This document shows positions 39,730 through 64,000 of a stretch of 64,000 nucleotides of DNA, piece after piece. The notes under the pieces are model-generated. The model was not told where the DNA came from, ran no database searches, and was given only the letters and a program-made list of their open reading frames with translations. Positions within the stretch are counted from its first letter, which is position 1; every line of letters begins with the position of its first letter. This DNA comes from Paraspadella gotoi (taxonomy: Eukaryota; Animalia; Chaetognatha): the NCBI GenBank assembly GCA_051294375.1, contig CM119268.1, positions 21,238,553 to 21,302,552 of the forward strand, in the 5' to 3' direction. The position numbers were made by a program, and so were the translations under genes.

Positions 39730-41334
39730 ATCGCTAATTTGCGGGAAGCGTCTCGTCGCGTGAATTCGTGTCACCGAAACCAAATTCCCATTCGTCTTTT
39801 CTTTTTTTTGCCGTGAGTTTTTTCACAGTACGTGATTCGATTCGCGTGAACGAGGGGCAGTGAGATTTCCCATCGGGTGTCACGGTGAGAGGTTGATTTA
39901 CTTTTCCTTAAGCGATCGACGAAGACAAGTCACGATAGAGAAAAGGCAATAGAAAACGCCAATAGTCAATCCATTGATTAATCATTTAATCAATCAATCA
40001 TTTAAACAAAAAATTATTTAATCAATCAATCAATAATTCAATCTCTCACTCAATCAATCCATCAATCAATCAATCAATCAAACAGTCATTTAATCAATCA
40101 ATCAATCGCATAATAGTTTTTTTTAATAATCATTTAATAAAACCTTTACAACAATAAATGAATTAAATCATCAATCAATTAATCAAATCACCAATCAATC
40201 AATCAATCATTCCAACCTCTGAGATTGAGTGAAGTCCCCGTGTTCAAGACGACGTTTCCGCTGAGAATTTGTTGTCCATCTGATTTGACCGCCGCCGGCC
40301 ACTGGTCGAAGAGAATCTCGAATCGTTCGAAGACGACTGATAGAGAGGGAGACAGAGTCAGATGGAGACAGAGTGGTGGACAGAGAGGGCGACAGAGATG
40401 ATATGCAGACAGGGTCAGAGGGAGATGAGAGACTCAGAGTAAGATAGAGATAGTGGGATTGAGACAGAGATAGTTGGAAAACGAGCAACATGTCGACAAA
40501 GAGACACAAAGATTAAAGACTGTGTGAGAGACAGAGTGAGATTTAGACTTAGTGAGACTCATGGAAACTTTGATTTAGTTAAGAATAAAAAATTTCATAT
40601 TTTGGATGATTAAAATAGGACAAGAACTGACAAATACAAATTACAAATGTTAATTATGGAAAATATTTTTAAAATACAAAGTCAAAAATTGAACAAAGTA
40701 TAAAAAAGAGAAAAATTTCACCCGTCGTCTCATTTTCCGTTGCTTCACATTCGCCTGATTTAAATCGAAAATAAGTTTTTTTCTTCATCGCGAAAAAAAA
40801 TGAGAAAAAATAGAGGGAAACAATAAAAGAGATTTTGTCTCTGATTCGACAAAGATTTTTTTTTTATTTATTTTTTTCTTTTATTTTATTAACAGAAACT
40901 GATGAGTTTTCGTCGTAAAGATAAACAAAACGTTTGCGCACGCACGCACACGTAATCGCACGCAAAGTTACACGCATTCGTACGTGCAGAAAAAAAGAGA
41001 GAAATATGAAATACATATCAATAATTTAATGGTAAAAACTATTGTTTTATGTTTTTTTTTTATTTCATGAAATTTTGAACTAAAAGCTGAGAAGGAAAAA
41101 AAAACCTGGATTTGATGTCTAAACATCATGATCCTGACCCTTTTTTAAATAAATTAAAGTCTTAGTTATGATGTTATGATGTTATGAAACGCATAGTTAA
41201 CAAATAATTACATAAAATTAGAATCTTAAATTAAATAAAAAATTAAATCCCTTGAGTCAAACAACTCCATCACCTTTTTCCTCTTCCGCTGTATCGATGA
41301 TGGACAAGTTCCTCAGGTCTTCACCCGTGTTCAT
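22965..41334 (-). CDS. Alpha-arrestin (ARRDC/TXNIP-like), ~413 aa, 10 exons; one intron inflated by the inserted palindrome arm
   Basis: Phase-consistent exons on the minus strand: 41334-41274, 40336-40217 (FERFEILFD..LSGNVVL), 39637-39515 (TYLNQRQTLWG), 38769-38671 (LQPGSYSFPFSFKIPAGLPPSFEG), 37938-37790 (DHGYIRYFCKVEIDKPW..LDLN), [head in gap]-25001 (RKGYVPGEQI), 24297-24097 (LTIPPLPPSCLHECDIMEVEYALK), 23477-23347 (PLTIGTIPL), 23220-23164, 23082-22965. These are arrestin_N and arrestin_C motifs. The first exon is assigned on phase fit only. Confidence 0.9.
23766..23997 (-). mobile_element. tRNA-derived SINE-like element (family A), in an arrestin intron
   Basis: On the minus strand: A-box-like tggctcattgag and B-box gggttcaatc. 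The 3' end cccac..agcgccttatccacaa also appears as a fragment at ~52548-52570. Confidence 0.5.
26924..27122 (+). mobile_element. tRNA-derived SINE-like element (family B), internally deleted copy; mirror at ~46290-46483
   Basis: Matches 35335-35546: gcggccattggtgccgga..ggttctagcccggtggtcg..gggacggggcgcttaacccgcctgtaaca..taattactgtctc. Confidence 0.6.
29264..29717 (+). repeat. 80-bp tandem repeat, ~5.5 copies (left-arm copy)
   Basis: Unit gatgttaggaatctgagccaagcaatgacgagacagagggcgtccgatggtgaggaagggaggccggttcttgcttgctt, with indel noise. Confidence 0.9.
32262..36727 (+). pseudogene. Inverted, frameshifted duplicate of arrestin exons 1-5 plus the head of exon 6 (probably artefactual)
   Basis: 33251-33369 is 119 nt versus 120, and 33980-34101 is 122 nt versus 123. 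34847-34945 has compensating indels (IPADSLRAFEG versus IPAGLPPSFEG). 35680-35828 is identical. 36703-36727 is the exon-6 head. Confidence 0.8.
35335..35546 (+). mobile_element. tRNA(Gly-like)-derived SINE-like element (family B); mirror at ~38074-38290
   Basis: The head gcggcca..tggtcg can pair as an acceptor stem. It has ttcgcctcccaa (in the mirror copy; resembling the tRNA-Gly anticodon arm) and a ccggg..cccgg T-arm, followed by a ~130-bp body shared with the copy at 26924-27122. Confidence 0.65.
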
Positions 41335-41473
41335 GATGTTGTTGTTTTTTTTTTTGCTGATGTGTTGTCGATGTTTTTTTCGTTTTTTCCCTGTTGTTTG
41401 TGTTTGGCGAACTTTTTTTTAAAAACGTTTTCAGAAAAAGATGAAACGCTCGTCAATTCTTTTTTTAAATCGG

Positions 41474-41553
<80 letters not shown>

Positions 41554-42588
41554 GTCAGTCGTTTTGTTTTCTAATTTTCAAACTCAGTTTTCTTTTTGAT
41601 GTTTTTTCTCTCTCCTCCTTTATTTGTTGAGTTGAGCGAAATTTTCCGGAAAAAAGCAAATACAGTTTTAAGGGGAAAAAAGAGCAGAAAAAAAGCAAAA
41701 AAAAGTTTTAAAAAGGAAAAAAAAGATAAAAGCGATGGACCGAATCTCTGAGCCGAAAGGCAAAAAAATCATTTTTACCTTCCCTGTTTTGAGATTCTAA
41801 CATCATCATCTCGAACGTTATCATCATTTATTATTATCATCGTTTATTTTTATCGTCTTTATCATTCAATCATCATCATCATCGTCATCATCGTCTTTAT
41901 CTGATCGTCATCGTCATTTTTACCTCACTAGTCTAATTCAAATGACAGCATCCCTTGTTGTCGTCGTCGTCGTCGTTGTCGTCGTCGAAGCCGAATTCTC
42001 GTTCTTCGAAGTCGTCTTTTAAAAACAACAACCACAACATAAACTTAAACAATAACAACGCCGACTCCGTCCAAACGTCTTTTAAGTATGACTGACCTCT
42101 TGTTTTTTTTAACATTATTAATTTAAGATCTACGTTTAAATTTTATAGTTAATATGTTTGTTATCTAACGTCATATGATTGAATTTTAGTGATGATAATT
42201 TAAAACAAGTGGAGAAAAAAATATTTGCATTAGTCTTTTGTCGTTTTTAGGAAAATTATCGTTACGCGCTGCCACGCTGCGACTATTTTACTCATTAACA
42301 TCAACAAATGAACTCTTAAGTAATTTGAAATTCTCGGTTATAATTACTCTCAGTATGACTACAAAAACTATTACATCAACAATGTTAACCTAATCTATTT
42401 ACAATTAGCTAAATAAAAATATATACTCGAGACAACTTACTAACATCGATTAGTATCTACATAACTAATATATTGTTATATTTACTACTTTCAAAGATAT
42501 AAAATCTTCCTAATAAGGACATCATTATTACTACAACAATAAACGTTTACAAGCTAACTACTATTCGAGTCCGATTCTGCCTTTCAGT

Positions 42589-54053
<11,465 letters not shown>

Positions 54054-54737
54054 GATTTTTTTTAGTTTTTTTTTTAACTTGTTTAATGTTTATATTTTAA
54101 TATGATTTAATAAACAGTTTTTAAAATATGAGTTTGTGTAATTTTTCGTTAATCATTTATTTTATTTAGTGAAATCAAACGAAAATGTTGGTTTTTTTTG
54201 GCGTTAAACAGAATTTTTTTTGGAACTTTTACTGAAAACTTGAAAATTGAAAGGTTAACTTAACCAAATCTTTATTAGTATCGTTTCTTTTTATGGAATT
54301 TATTTAACTAGTTTGACAAAAAATCGGTATAAATTCGGTAGATGAAAGAAAATAGACATTCGATATCCGGGGATTTTCTAGCTACAGTTAATGCCATCTC
54401 ATCTCATATGCCATGCCATTCCATGCCATGCCATCTCATGCAATCTGCTTGGTTTGGTCTGTTTGGACTGTAACAGATAAAATGGCAAATGATAAAGCGA
54501 AATAGTCAGGAACTTTATTTTCCACGCTGTTTACAATTTGAATTGATTAATCCCTGACCTTAAATTCGTTGAATAGTACTAACAGTCTAACTAATACAAA
54601 TACTAATACTAATAATACCATTACTAATAGTCTAACTCTAATTGGGCTAACAAATTAAAAGGCAAATTCAACTTGAAAAATTAGATATTCAATTTATTTA
54701 ACTAGTAAAAAGAAAGTTATTTCAATGACACGTCTCA

Positions 54738-54784
<47 letters not shown>

Positions 54785-54904
54785 ATATATTTTCCAATGT
54801 CTTTATCTCAATATCCACATCTCTTTTCATCTTTCTCTTCTTCTCTTCTCTCCTCTTCATCATCTCCTTCCGTCTCTTCCTCTTTACATCATCTCCTCTC
54901 AACC

Positions 54905-55587
54905 TCATCTCTTCCTCTTCTCTCTTCTCTCTCTACTTCTCTCCTTCAATTCCTTCCTCCACTCCTTATCCGTCCTCCTCCCTTCCTCCTCCTCCCCTCC
55001 TCCCTCACTCCTCCACCCCTCCTGCCACCCTCTTCCTCCCTTCCCCCCTTTCCTTATCCTCTCGTCGGCTTTCTCAATCACAAGCTTCCAAGGTGAGGCC
55101 ATTTCTTCAGCTGCTGCATCTCCTTCTGCATTCGCCCCCGCGTCCGCTGCATCCGCTTCCTCGCCTGACCTCTTCGCTTCTTCCGCTGTATTTTCCGCTT
55201 CACTGGAAGGGATTGGAACAGATTTTGGAATCTCCCCTTTGACTTCTCTTCTAAGAATTTCTTTTTTGGGATCATTGTTGCCGTTGTCATGGTAACGCTT
55301 GTTGCCTTCGATTATCTCAACATTGTCTCTCCCTCGTCCTTCTGCTTCTTTGTCCCCATCCTTCCCACCTTGCTCGCCTTGGCTACCCTCTTCTACCGAC
55401 TGCTTGCCTTCTCCCGCTTGCATCTGCTTGCTTTCCTCACTCGGTGTTCGGTTGCTTTCTTGCCTCTCCTGCTGCTTGACTGGTGATCCGTCGTTTGGCG
55501 GGGTTGACTGTTGCTCCAACTGGTTATTGCTTGATTCTCTCTTAGATGACCAAACAATGTTCTGAGAAGCAAACATTTTCATTGTGT

Positions 55588-55678
<91 letters not shown>

Positions 55679-58426
55679 TAAAGAATGTGAGACTTTATCA
55701 GTTCGGCACTCTTTTTCCGAAAGCGGACTTATTTCAACTTTAATTCAGAATTAAGTTTGTATTGAGGTTTAATTTAAATTTTAATGGGAACAGAATTAAA
55801 CAGTTATTGTGTTGAAATATTTTTTTGCAAAAATGTTCTGAAGTATGAGTAATTCGTTAAATAAAATTATTATATTGCTATATAATGTCAAAAAATTGTT
55901 TTTTGATATTTTAGGTTTTTTTAATTAACTCCGATAAAGCTCAAAAAGTTAAGCAAAAATGTAATTAAACGTTTAATTACTGAAAATTAGCAAAAACTGC
56001 TAAAATCATCGGATGATGATGATGAGGATGATTTTTTTAGGTTTTTCCTAATTTTGACTATACTTTGTGTAGATAACTTTTTATAAGCTATCTGAATCTG
56101 CTTTTAAAAATAAAAAATAAAAACCTTTTTTTGACATTTTATATTTATAAATAAATATTAAAAAAATAATTACTAGTGCTTCTAGCCATTTAAAAAAAAA
56201 TTGGTCCATTCAAAGTTTTCTCAGAAATGAAGTTTCATTTGGGAAGGATCCCAAATCAAACTTCTGACCCACCCCATTGACAAAGTTTGGCCCTCGTTAA
56301 GGATCGGGAATAGGTTAGGGATTTGGGTTGAGGATTAGGCGAGTATTTGGTTAATGTTTAGGCAAGGGACTTGGTTAGAATTTCATTCTCATCTTTTCTT
56401 TTTTTCTCTCTTTCTTCCTTAATTTTACCTTTCTTTTTCACCTCACTTGTATTCTTTTCTTTTCTCTCTTTTTTCCTTAATTTTACTTTTCTTTTTCACC
56501 TCACTTGTATTCTTTTCTTTTCTTTTCTCTCTTTTTTCCTTAATTTTACTTTTATTTTTCACCTCACTTTGATTCTTATCTTTTCTTTTCTCTCTATTTT
56601 TTTCGTCAATTTTACTTTACTTTTTCACCTCATTTTTATTCTTTTCTTTTCTCTCTTTGCTCAATTTTACTTTTCTTTTTCATCTCACTTTTATTCTTTT
56701 CTTTTCTTTTCTCTATTTTCTTGCTCAATTTTACTTTTCTTTAGTCATCTTACTTTTAATCTCTTCCTTTTCTTTCTCGATTCCTCTGCCGCTGTCGCCG
56801 CTGTCGCCGCTGCCGCCGCGGCCTCATCGCTGACTTGCAACACCTCCTTCCTTTCTCGGCCTTTTAATGATTTTGATAAGAATTTAAAGTTTATGAAAAA
56901 TAAAACTTAAAGTATATATATCTGACAAACAAAAGAATACGATCAATACCTTGATCCTTTGTTTCAACGACCGTTTCGTTTCCCGCCAGGGGTGGCATCG
57001 CTACCACCGGAACAGAATCAGCCTCTTTTACAGCATTAGGCGTCGCTATTTCCGAAGGCGCGCCAGCCTCTTTGACAGTACTGACCAAGAAAGAATTATC
57101 TTTGTTCCGTAGTTTTCTTCGTTCTCTTTGTATACGTCGTGCCTTGATTCGTTTTCTTCTGAGATCATTTTTGAACTCCACATTGCTCTCCAACAGGCGA
57201 ATGTCGTTCCCCCGATCGGCCGTTTGATTCCCATTTTCTTCAGCCTCTTTGGCAGCACTGAGCATCGAGACTTGCGGAACGGAGACAGCCTCTTGGACAG
57301 CATCGACAGACGCCGAATTGTTATCGAGCCGCGTCACATTAACGACGCTGTTATTTTGTTCTATCTGGTCTTTTCTATCATTCGTTATCAAGTTGCTTCC
57401 AACGAGGCGATGTGGGGATCGTATCGTTTCGTTGGCCGTTTCATTTCTTTCCCTTGCAATCTGATGCACCTTCATCTTTCTCATCTCTTTGTCGCTGCTT
57501 TGCAATGATCCTTGAGACTCTTGCTTCGATTGTCCGACTCTCTCCTCAGTGGTCTGATTTTCAGACATATCCACTTTTCTCGCCTCTTTGGAAGCATTGA
57601 TAGAATTTTCGTCGATAGTGTCATTTTCATTTTTTTGTCTTTTTAAATCTTCTTTCTCGTTTTTCTCAGCCTCTTGGGAGGAATTCGTTCGGTTCGCCTC
57701 TTGGGAAGCATTACTTAAGAACCCCTCGAAAAACTGACTTGTGTCATTCGCAGACCCATTCGTAAACGCGCTGGTAGCCTCGTTTACGATGCCAGATTGG
57801 TTAGCCTCGAGGGCAGCAGACGTTCGATTCGCCTCTTGGGAAGCTAGTACTTTAATCTCACTATTGTCAGCCTCTTTGGAAGCTGGTTCCTCATTCGCAT
57901 CTTTGGCAGCCAGGGTTTCATTGGCCTCTTCAGCAGCCCAAATTAAGTTTGCTTCTTCGGCAACCGACTGTTCGTTTGTCTCTTTATCAGCCAGATCCTT
58001 GTTTGCCTCTTTGGCAGCCGTCGTTTGGTTCGACTGTTCTGTAGCCTGATCTTTGCTCGCCTCTTTGGCAGCCAGGGGTTTATTAGCCTCTTCAGCAGCT
58101 CGAATTAAGTTTGCTTCTTTGGCAGCCAACTGTTCGTTTGTCTCTTTATCAGCCAGATCTTTGTTCGTCTCTTCGGCTGTCAAGGATTGGATCGACTGTT
58201 TAGCAGCCTTATCTTTGCTCGCCTCTTCAGCAGCCCGAATTAAGCTCGCTTCTTTAGCAACCAACTGTTTGTTTGCCTCTTTGGCAGCCGTCAGTTGGTT
58301 CGTCTTTTTGAAAGCCTCGTCCATATTGTGGGTCTTCTTGTTGCCAAAGGCCTTTTTGAAATCGGAATGAAATCTCCACGAGCTTCCCTTCTCCTGGTGA
58401 AGGTATGTGGGGAGCTTCGTGTGGGA

Positions 58427-58520
<94 letters not shown>

Positions 58521-60365
58521 GAGTCCTACCTGGCACAGCCCGTCGACGCAGCCCTTCCTAATCGGGATCGGACTTTGATCCGAAACGAAGGAGAAAGTGA
58601 GGAAGAGAGAAATGAAACCGAGGGTGAGGAAGAAGAGGAGGATCTGAGAGAGGAAGAGGAGGAGGGAAAAGAAGGAAAGAAAAGGGAGCAAGAGGAAGAA
58701 GAAAGAGGAAGGAGAGGAGGAATGAGAAGAAAAAATGGAGGAAAAGAAGTAAAGAGGAAGAAAAGGGAGGTGAAAAAAAGGAGGAAGGGAAAAAGAAAAA
58801 AGGAAAAAAAGATGGAGGATCAAAAAGGAGGAATTAAAAAAGTAAAGAAAGAAGAAAGAAGAGGGAGGAAAAGAAAAAAGAAAGAGGGGAAGAGGGAGGA
58901 AGAAAGAAGTAAGATGGAAGATTAGAAGAAAAGAAAAACGTTAGAGAAAGAAAAGAAAAACAGAAGAAACTTATGACCATAAATCTTTGAATTTTTTGAA
59001 ATATTGTAACATTATAACGACTCACTTTGAACATGCTATGTCGAAAAAACATTCGTAACATGGTTACGACTTTTCCTTGGTGGTTGTTGTTGTCCTTGTT
59101 GTTGTCGTTGTTGTGATGACGGTTGTTGATTTCTTCGCCGCCGACGAAAAATCTCTCGTTGTTCGCAAAGGAATCCGTTGTTGCTTTTTTTTTTAATGAT
59201 TATTCAAATTCCAAATTTATTTAATTTTTTTTAAATCGATTTAACTTTGACAATTTGTAGAGGATGAATTTATCCTCAGAATGTAAAAATGTTTTCTCTT
59301 CCATTCATTTGATTAATTCTCGTTAAATCGCAAAGAGAAACCGGCTAACGACAGCGAATTTCGCCTCTAATCTACGAAACGAACTTGATTTTGAATCAAC
59401 CATTCGATTTGAGAAATAAATAACTGAGAGAAAGAGCTTCGAGTTTCTATTCACATACGAATTATTTATTACTATCAATTGATTGAATACAACATTGACA
59501 TGAATATTTTTGAGTTATTGGTTCGACTATTTCTTGTTTTCTTGTCCATTAATTTACATCCGTAAAACGATATCATTTTCCCACTCTTATATTACATCCG
59601 GGATCTGGACGACATCTCGAAGCGGCGACATCAAATGAGGAGCCGGCGTCGCAGACGTAGCGGGACAAGGTAGCGCCGTCTATTGATAGATTGATTGATT
59701 AGATTGATTTATTGATTGATTGATTAATTGATTAATAAAACGTTTAAAAGATTGACTAAATAAATGACTGATTGATTGAATAATCGGTGGATTGATCGTT
59801 AGATTGTTTGATTGACTCGCTGAATGATTGATAAATTTATTTGATTGATTAATTGATTAATTCATTCATTCATTCATTCATTCATTCATTCATTCATTCA
59901 TTCATTCATTCATTCATTCATTAATTAATTAATTAATTAATTCATTAAACAATCCACTTATTGATTCATTCATTGATGCATTCATTCATGCATTCATTCA
60001 TTTAACAATCCATTTATTGATTCATTTATTCATTGATTCATTCATTCATTTAACAATCCATTTATTGATTGATTCATTCAAAGTTTCAACATTCATTTAT
60101 TAATCCATTTATTTATTCAACCATCCATCCATGCATCCATCCATCCATCCACTCATCCATCCAATTTCATTCCCCAACCCTCTCCCACCTTTGCAGACGT
60201 GAAATGAGCCACAGTGAAATGGATCCAAATGAATTCCGTCGCTTTTGTCTTCGCAAAGAAAATCAGCGGCGATGGAAGTCGACTCAATGACTCCGGAAGG
60301 ACAGGGGACAGAGGAGGGAAAGTCGCAGGCGAAGATGAAAGGGTTGTAGAGGGTGCCTATGGGAG

Positions 60366-60454
<89 letters not shown>

Positions 60455-61427
60455 TAGGTGTGATGAGTTGGAAAAAGTTCATGATTAACTAATATATTTA
60501 TTAGACAGGAAAAAAGAATACACTTTATTTTTTTTTTTTGCCTTACCATAAGAACATTGTTGCAGAATCGAATCTCCCTCCACGCAGCGAAAAAATCTGC
60601 CGCAATCGATGGGGTGAGGATAAAACCCGTTTTGGGCCTGAAATTAATCAAATTTTGGCGGCAAAAAATAATGAAATAAGTATTACTTACTATTAGGTTT
60701 TATTTTTAAGCTATGCAATGACGTTTATAGTGTAATTTTTATTGCTTTAACCGATTATCATAATGTTGTCAATGAAATTTTTGCTTCTTTCTCTCTAAGA
60801 TTTCACCAAAAGTTGACGTTTCATAAGAATTTTTAGTTGCATCGCGAGTACTCGCGGAGCAACTCTATAAGTCACTTTTTGGTCGGTCGGTCTGTCGGTA
60901 TGTCTGTCCGTCGGTCTGTCCCTATAGTTGGTTGCTTTTTTGTTAAGACAGAAAAAACCTAAATTCAGGAAACCCTAAAATTATGTGTCACGTCATGTGT
61001 CATGTCATGTCACGAAAAATATACTGCGACGCAACACATTTGAAGTACCATTCTTGATTTTAAAAATTTTTGATTGTGTAGTTAAAAAAAATTACAAAAC
61101 TTTATATCTGTTTATTTTAAAATTAAAATAAATTAAATTAAATTAAATTTTTAAATTAAATTACTTAACTTTATATCTGTGTATTTTTGTAAAAACTTTT
61201 TACACTGTTTTGCATTAAACAAAGCCCCTTTTTTGAATTCACCCGCTAACGATCGGCATCTTTCTTAACCCACCCGATATGCAACTTACCCCTCGACAAA
61301 AAGCGACGTCATTTTCGCCCATGAGTTCAGCGAGAGAACGAGACGAAACGATTTGAGACAAATCTGCGGCGACGACGATGACAACGACGAAAACGACGGA
61401 AAATGAGACGTCGAATAAATTATTCAT
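54905..61427 (-). CDS. Secreted peritrophin/mucin-like protein: signal peptide, two CBM14 (chitin-binding type 2) domains, Thr-rich linker, Ala/Glu repeats, charged tail; ~952 aa, 9 exons
   Basis: Exons on the minus strand: 61427-61290 (MNNLFDVSFSVVFVVVIVVAADLS..FCRG), 60637-60547 (AQNGFYPHPIDCGRFFRCVEGDSILQQCSYG), 60356-60189 (TLYNPFIFACDFPSSVPC..LCEDKSDGIHLDPFHCGSFHVCK), 59679-59585 (DGATLSRYVCDAGSSFDVAASRCRPDPGC), 59183-59068 (poly-Thr), 58572-58530, 58393-56950, 56860-56754, 55561-54905. All phases are consistent, and there are two six-Cys CBM14 patterns. Confidence 0.85.
55589..55678. repeat. (AAT)n microsatellite
   Basis: Direct inspection; it lies just upstream of the last exon acceptor of the chitin-binding gene. 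Confidence 0.95.
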
Positions 61428-62772
61428 CTTTACAATTTGTAACAAATTGTTTCTTGCAATTTTTGTCAAGTAATGTTAAAACCGTATCGATTTTTACTTT
61501 TTTAAATTCTTGTTTTGGCAAAAAAAGGTTTTTTTTCGAACTTTAATTAACCGACTTTTATTTCCCACTAAAAAACTTTCCGACTTCAAAACCTTTTCCC
61601 ACTAATTCTTTATCGCATCTTAGTTCCAGAAAGAAAAATCTTTTCTTTTTTACTCAATGGAAATAATTTGCGCCAAACAAGCTGCACCTCGTCCGAATGC
61701 AGCTGCGGACCTGCGGCGGCGGCGGCTGCTTGTTCGCTGCGGCTTCCCCACCCTTGTAACTTGAAAAAAATTCAAACGACACAACAAATAAAAACATAAA
61801 TGACTATGTACATTGTACATTGCTCGGAAAAAATTCAATCAGCTATCAAGCAATCAAGCCAACAATCTCTCAAAATTGCATTGACTTTTTCACAATAAAA
61901 AAGTGACAGACCGACCAATAAGTATCTATATAAATCAGATAAGAATAAACGTAAAACAAACGCCAATCATCTTTGTATAGATGTTTTTCAGGAAATAGTT
62001 GACTAACTTTCTATTTGAGACAAAAAATAGGACGAGTTAAATTGAGTAGTTTTGTTTGCTTTCATCTCAAACCAGGATTAGTTTTTTCTACGTCAGCAAA
62101 AGCAAATTCAAGATGGAAAAGAAAAAGTTAATAACGAATTTGGGAAAAGTTTATGACTTGTCAATTTCGACCTCCTTTTAGCTCTCTTATAAATATTTTT
62201 AAAAATCTTCTTATAAATCTTCTTATAAATCTTCTTCTGGGAGCCGAGATTGTATTAAGTTTAATGTTTAATAATTATAAGAAATTACTTTCTTGTCCAT
62301 TTCTAATGTTTAATGTTGAAAAAACTGTTATTTCTTGAGTAATAAATTGTAATAAAATTGGTTTCGGAATTTGCACTAATTGATTGATTGATTGATTGAT
62401 TGAATTCTTGTTTGATTGATTGATTTATTATTAATTGAATAATTGATTTTTTATTAATTGATTGATTTATTGATTGATTGAATCATAGACTATTTTAGTG
62501 ATTAAGTGATTAAGTTTGATTGACAGATCCATTCATTTTTATTCATTCATTCATTAATTCATTTATTCATTCATTAATTCATTCAATAATTCATTTATTC
62601 ATTCATTCATTCATTCATTCATTAATTCATTTATTCATTCTTTCATTCATTCATTCATTAATTAATTCATTTTATGCGTTCGAATTGAGTCGAGAAAAGT
62701 TTGGATTTTCGTTGTGACTCATTTTTTTCATCTTCCTGATCACTCGAATCACATGAATCCCGTGATCTCTCT

Positions 62773-62839
<67 letters not shown>

Positions 62840-63461
62840 GCGTCTCGATTTCGTTTGGCTAATCATTTCGTTCGTTTTGAGTCTTCATCTTTCGTTTTGT
62901 TTTCAAATCCGCCTCATACTTTTAAGTTCTTTTCGCACTCATTCGAACATATTGCATTTTTTTTGGCGAATTTCAAATCTGTGATATAGACTGGTTATTC
63001 TCAACGTTAAATTTTCCTACAAATTGTTTGCAAATATTATAATACTTTAACAAACTACATTTTCTTAATTATTTTACAAAAAAAAAAAGATCATGGAAAA
63101 TTCTCACAAAAAAGTTCAGAATGAAAAAAAATCTGGCCTCGACGTGTCGATTCATAAAAGGTAACTGAGAAAATGTAACTTACATGACATACGATATTAA
63201 TTCCTGAATACTGTACAGATTAAAATAACAATTTTAAAAAATTCATATTCATTCTAATCAAAATTTGACATGTTTTTTTTTTCGTTTATAGATAAGAATT
63301 AGATGTCAAACTTTAATAAAATTTTGAGGAACACATTTTGTATTTTCAAATTCTCTTTCGAACACCCCCCCCCATTACTCGCGATTCCTTTCCCTCTATT
63401 CTCTCGCCCCCTCAACACCCCCTACCGCAGTGGATCGTCCACTCGACGTCGTCTTCAGCGG

Positions 63462-64000
63462 ATGGAATCCTTCGTCGACAGCCTCGAATCCGTCAAGGAA
63501 TTGCGGGACAACGCCGCCTCGGGTGAGTTGCGGAGAAATTAGGGAACGTTGCGCTAAGTTAGGCTGCAGCAATGCTGCAGTGAAGCAACCTTCTGTTCGC
63601 AATTGTTAAAAAGTAGATAATATGTAATAAAAACTAACATACAACAAATTCAGCAGAGACAGAATGACTAATCCAGCAAAGTTTTAAACAATGACGTCTT
63701 CAGAAAAGTCCAAAACAATAAATACTACAACAAAGCTAAAAAACAACGATTTCTACACTAAAGATAAAAGCAATAACGATTCAGAAAGAACAACACCCAC
63801 TACAGCAAAGCAAAAAAAAAAAGACTTCTACAGCAAATTCTGTCTTTTCCTTGAAGGAAAACTTTATCTTCTTCATCGGATGTTGAATCGTGGAGTCGAA
63901 ATAGACGCGCAGCAGGACGACGACGACGACGGCAGCAGTGGCGGCGGCGAGACAGCGTTGACGACCGCGTTGAACTGTGGACAGAAGGAAGCCTTCCGTC
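63462..64000 (+). CDS. Ankyrin-repeat protein, 5' part (runs off the window)
   Basis: 63462-63522 (MESFVDSLESVKELRDNAASG, donor gtgagt, phase 1) joins 63857-64000 (KLYLLHRMLNRGVEIDAQQDDDDDGSSGGGETALTTALNCGQKEAFR), which fits the ankyrin AAxG..L..G..ID..G.TAL pattern. An acceptor at 63430 means the true start could lie upstream. Confidence 0.7.

Noticed and set aside
41933-42115. Small ORF MLKKTRGQ..GCCHLN between the CCDC113-like and arrestin genes
   Set aside because: It is short, partly (GAC)n, has no recognisable domain, and I could not link it by splice phase to either gene.

Overview
Eukaryotic, metazoan-looking, AT-rich and microsatellite-rich (AG, GAC, ATCA, ATC, AAT) draft-assembly DNA with many N gaps. 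It is not prokaryotic, so most ORFs in the supplied track are microsatellite noise. By hand-splicing exons I can support five intron-containing genes: (1) a very divergent Rab/Ras-like small GTPase with a CaaX end (557-4176, +); (2) a 10-exon alpha-arrestin (41334->22965, -); (3) a 16-exon CCDC113/CFAP263-like coiled-coil protein with a ~650-aa low-complexity tail (54053->42589, -); (4) a 9-exon secreted protein with two CBM14 chitin-binding domains and a 9-aa Ala/Glu repeat region (61427->54905, -); (5) the start of an ankyrin-repeat gene (63462->end, +). The dominant structure is two giant palindromes (~8445-19875 and 25186-48195), each following a 25-N gap. Palindrome 2 is most likely a fold-back long-read gap-filling artefact: its left arm is an indel-ridden copy inserted in an arrestin intron, and its fold-back tip carries the missing 5' end of the exon cut off at the gap. 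Palindrome 1 shows similar signs. Also present are tRNA-derived SINE-like elements and intron minisatellites anchored on splice sites. Family calls come from remembered motifs, not database searches. I found no clear novel multi-gene system.
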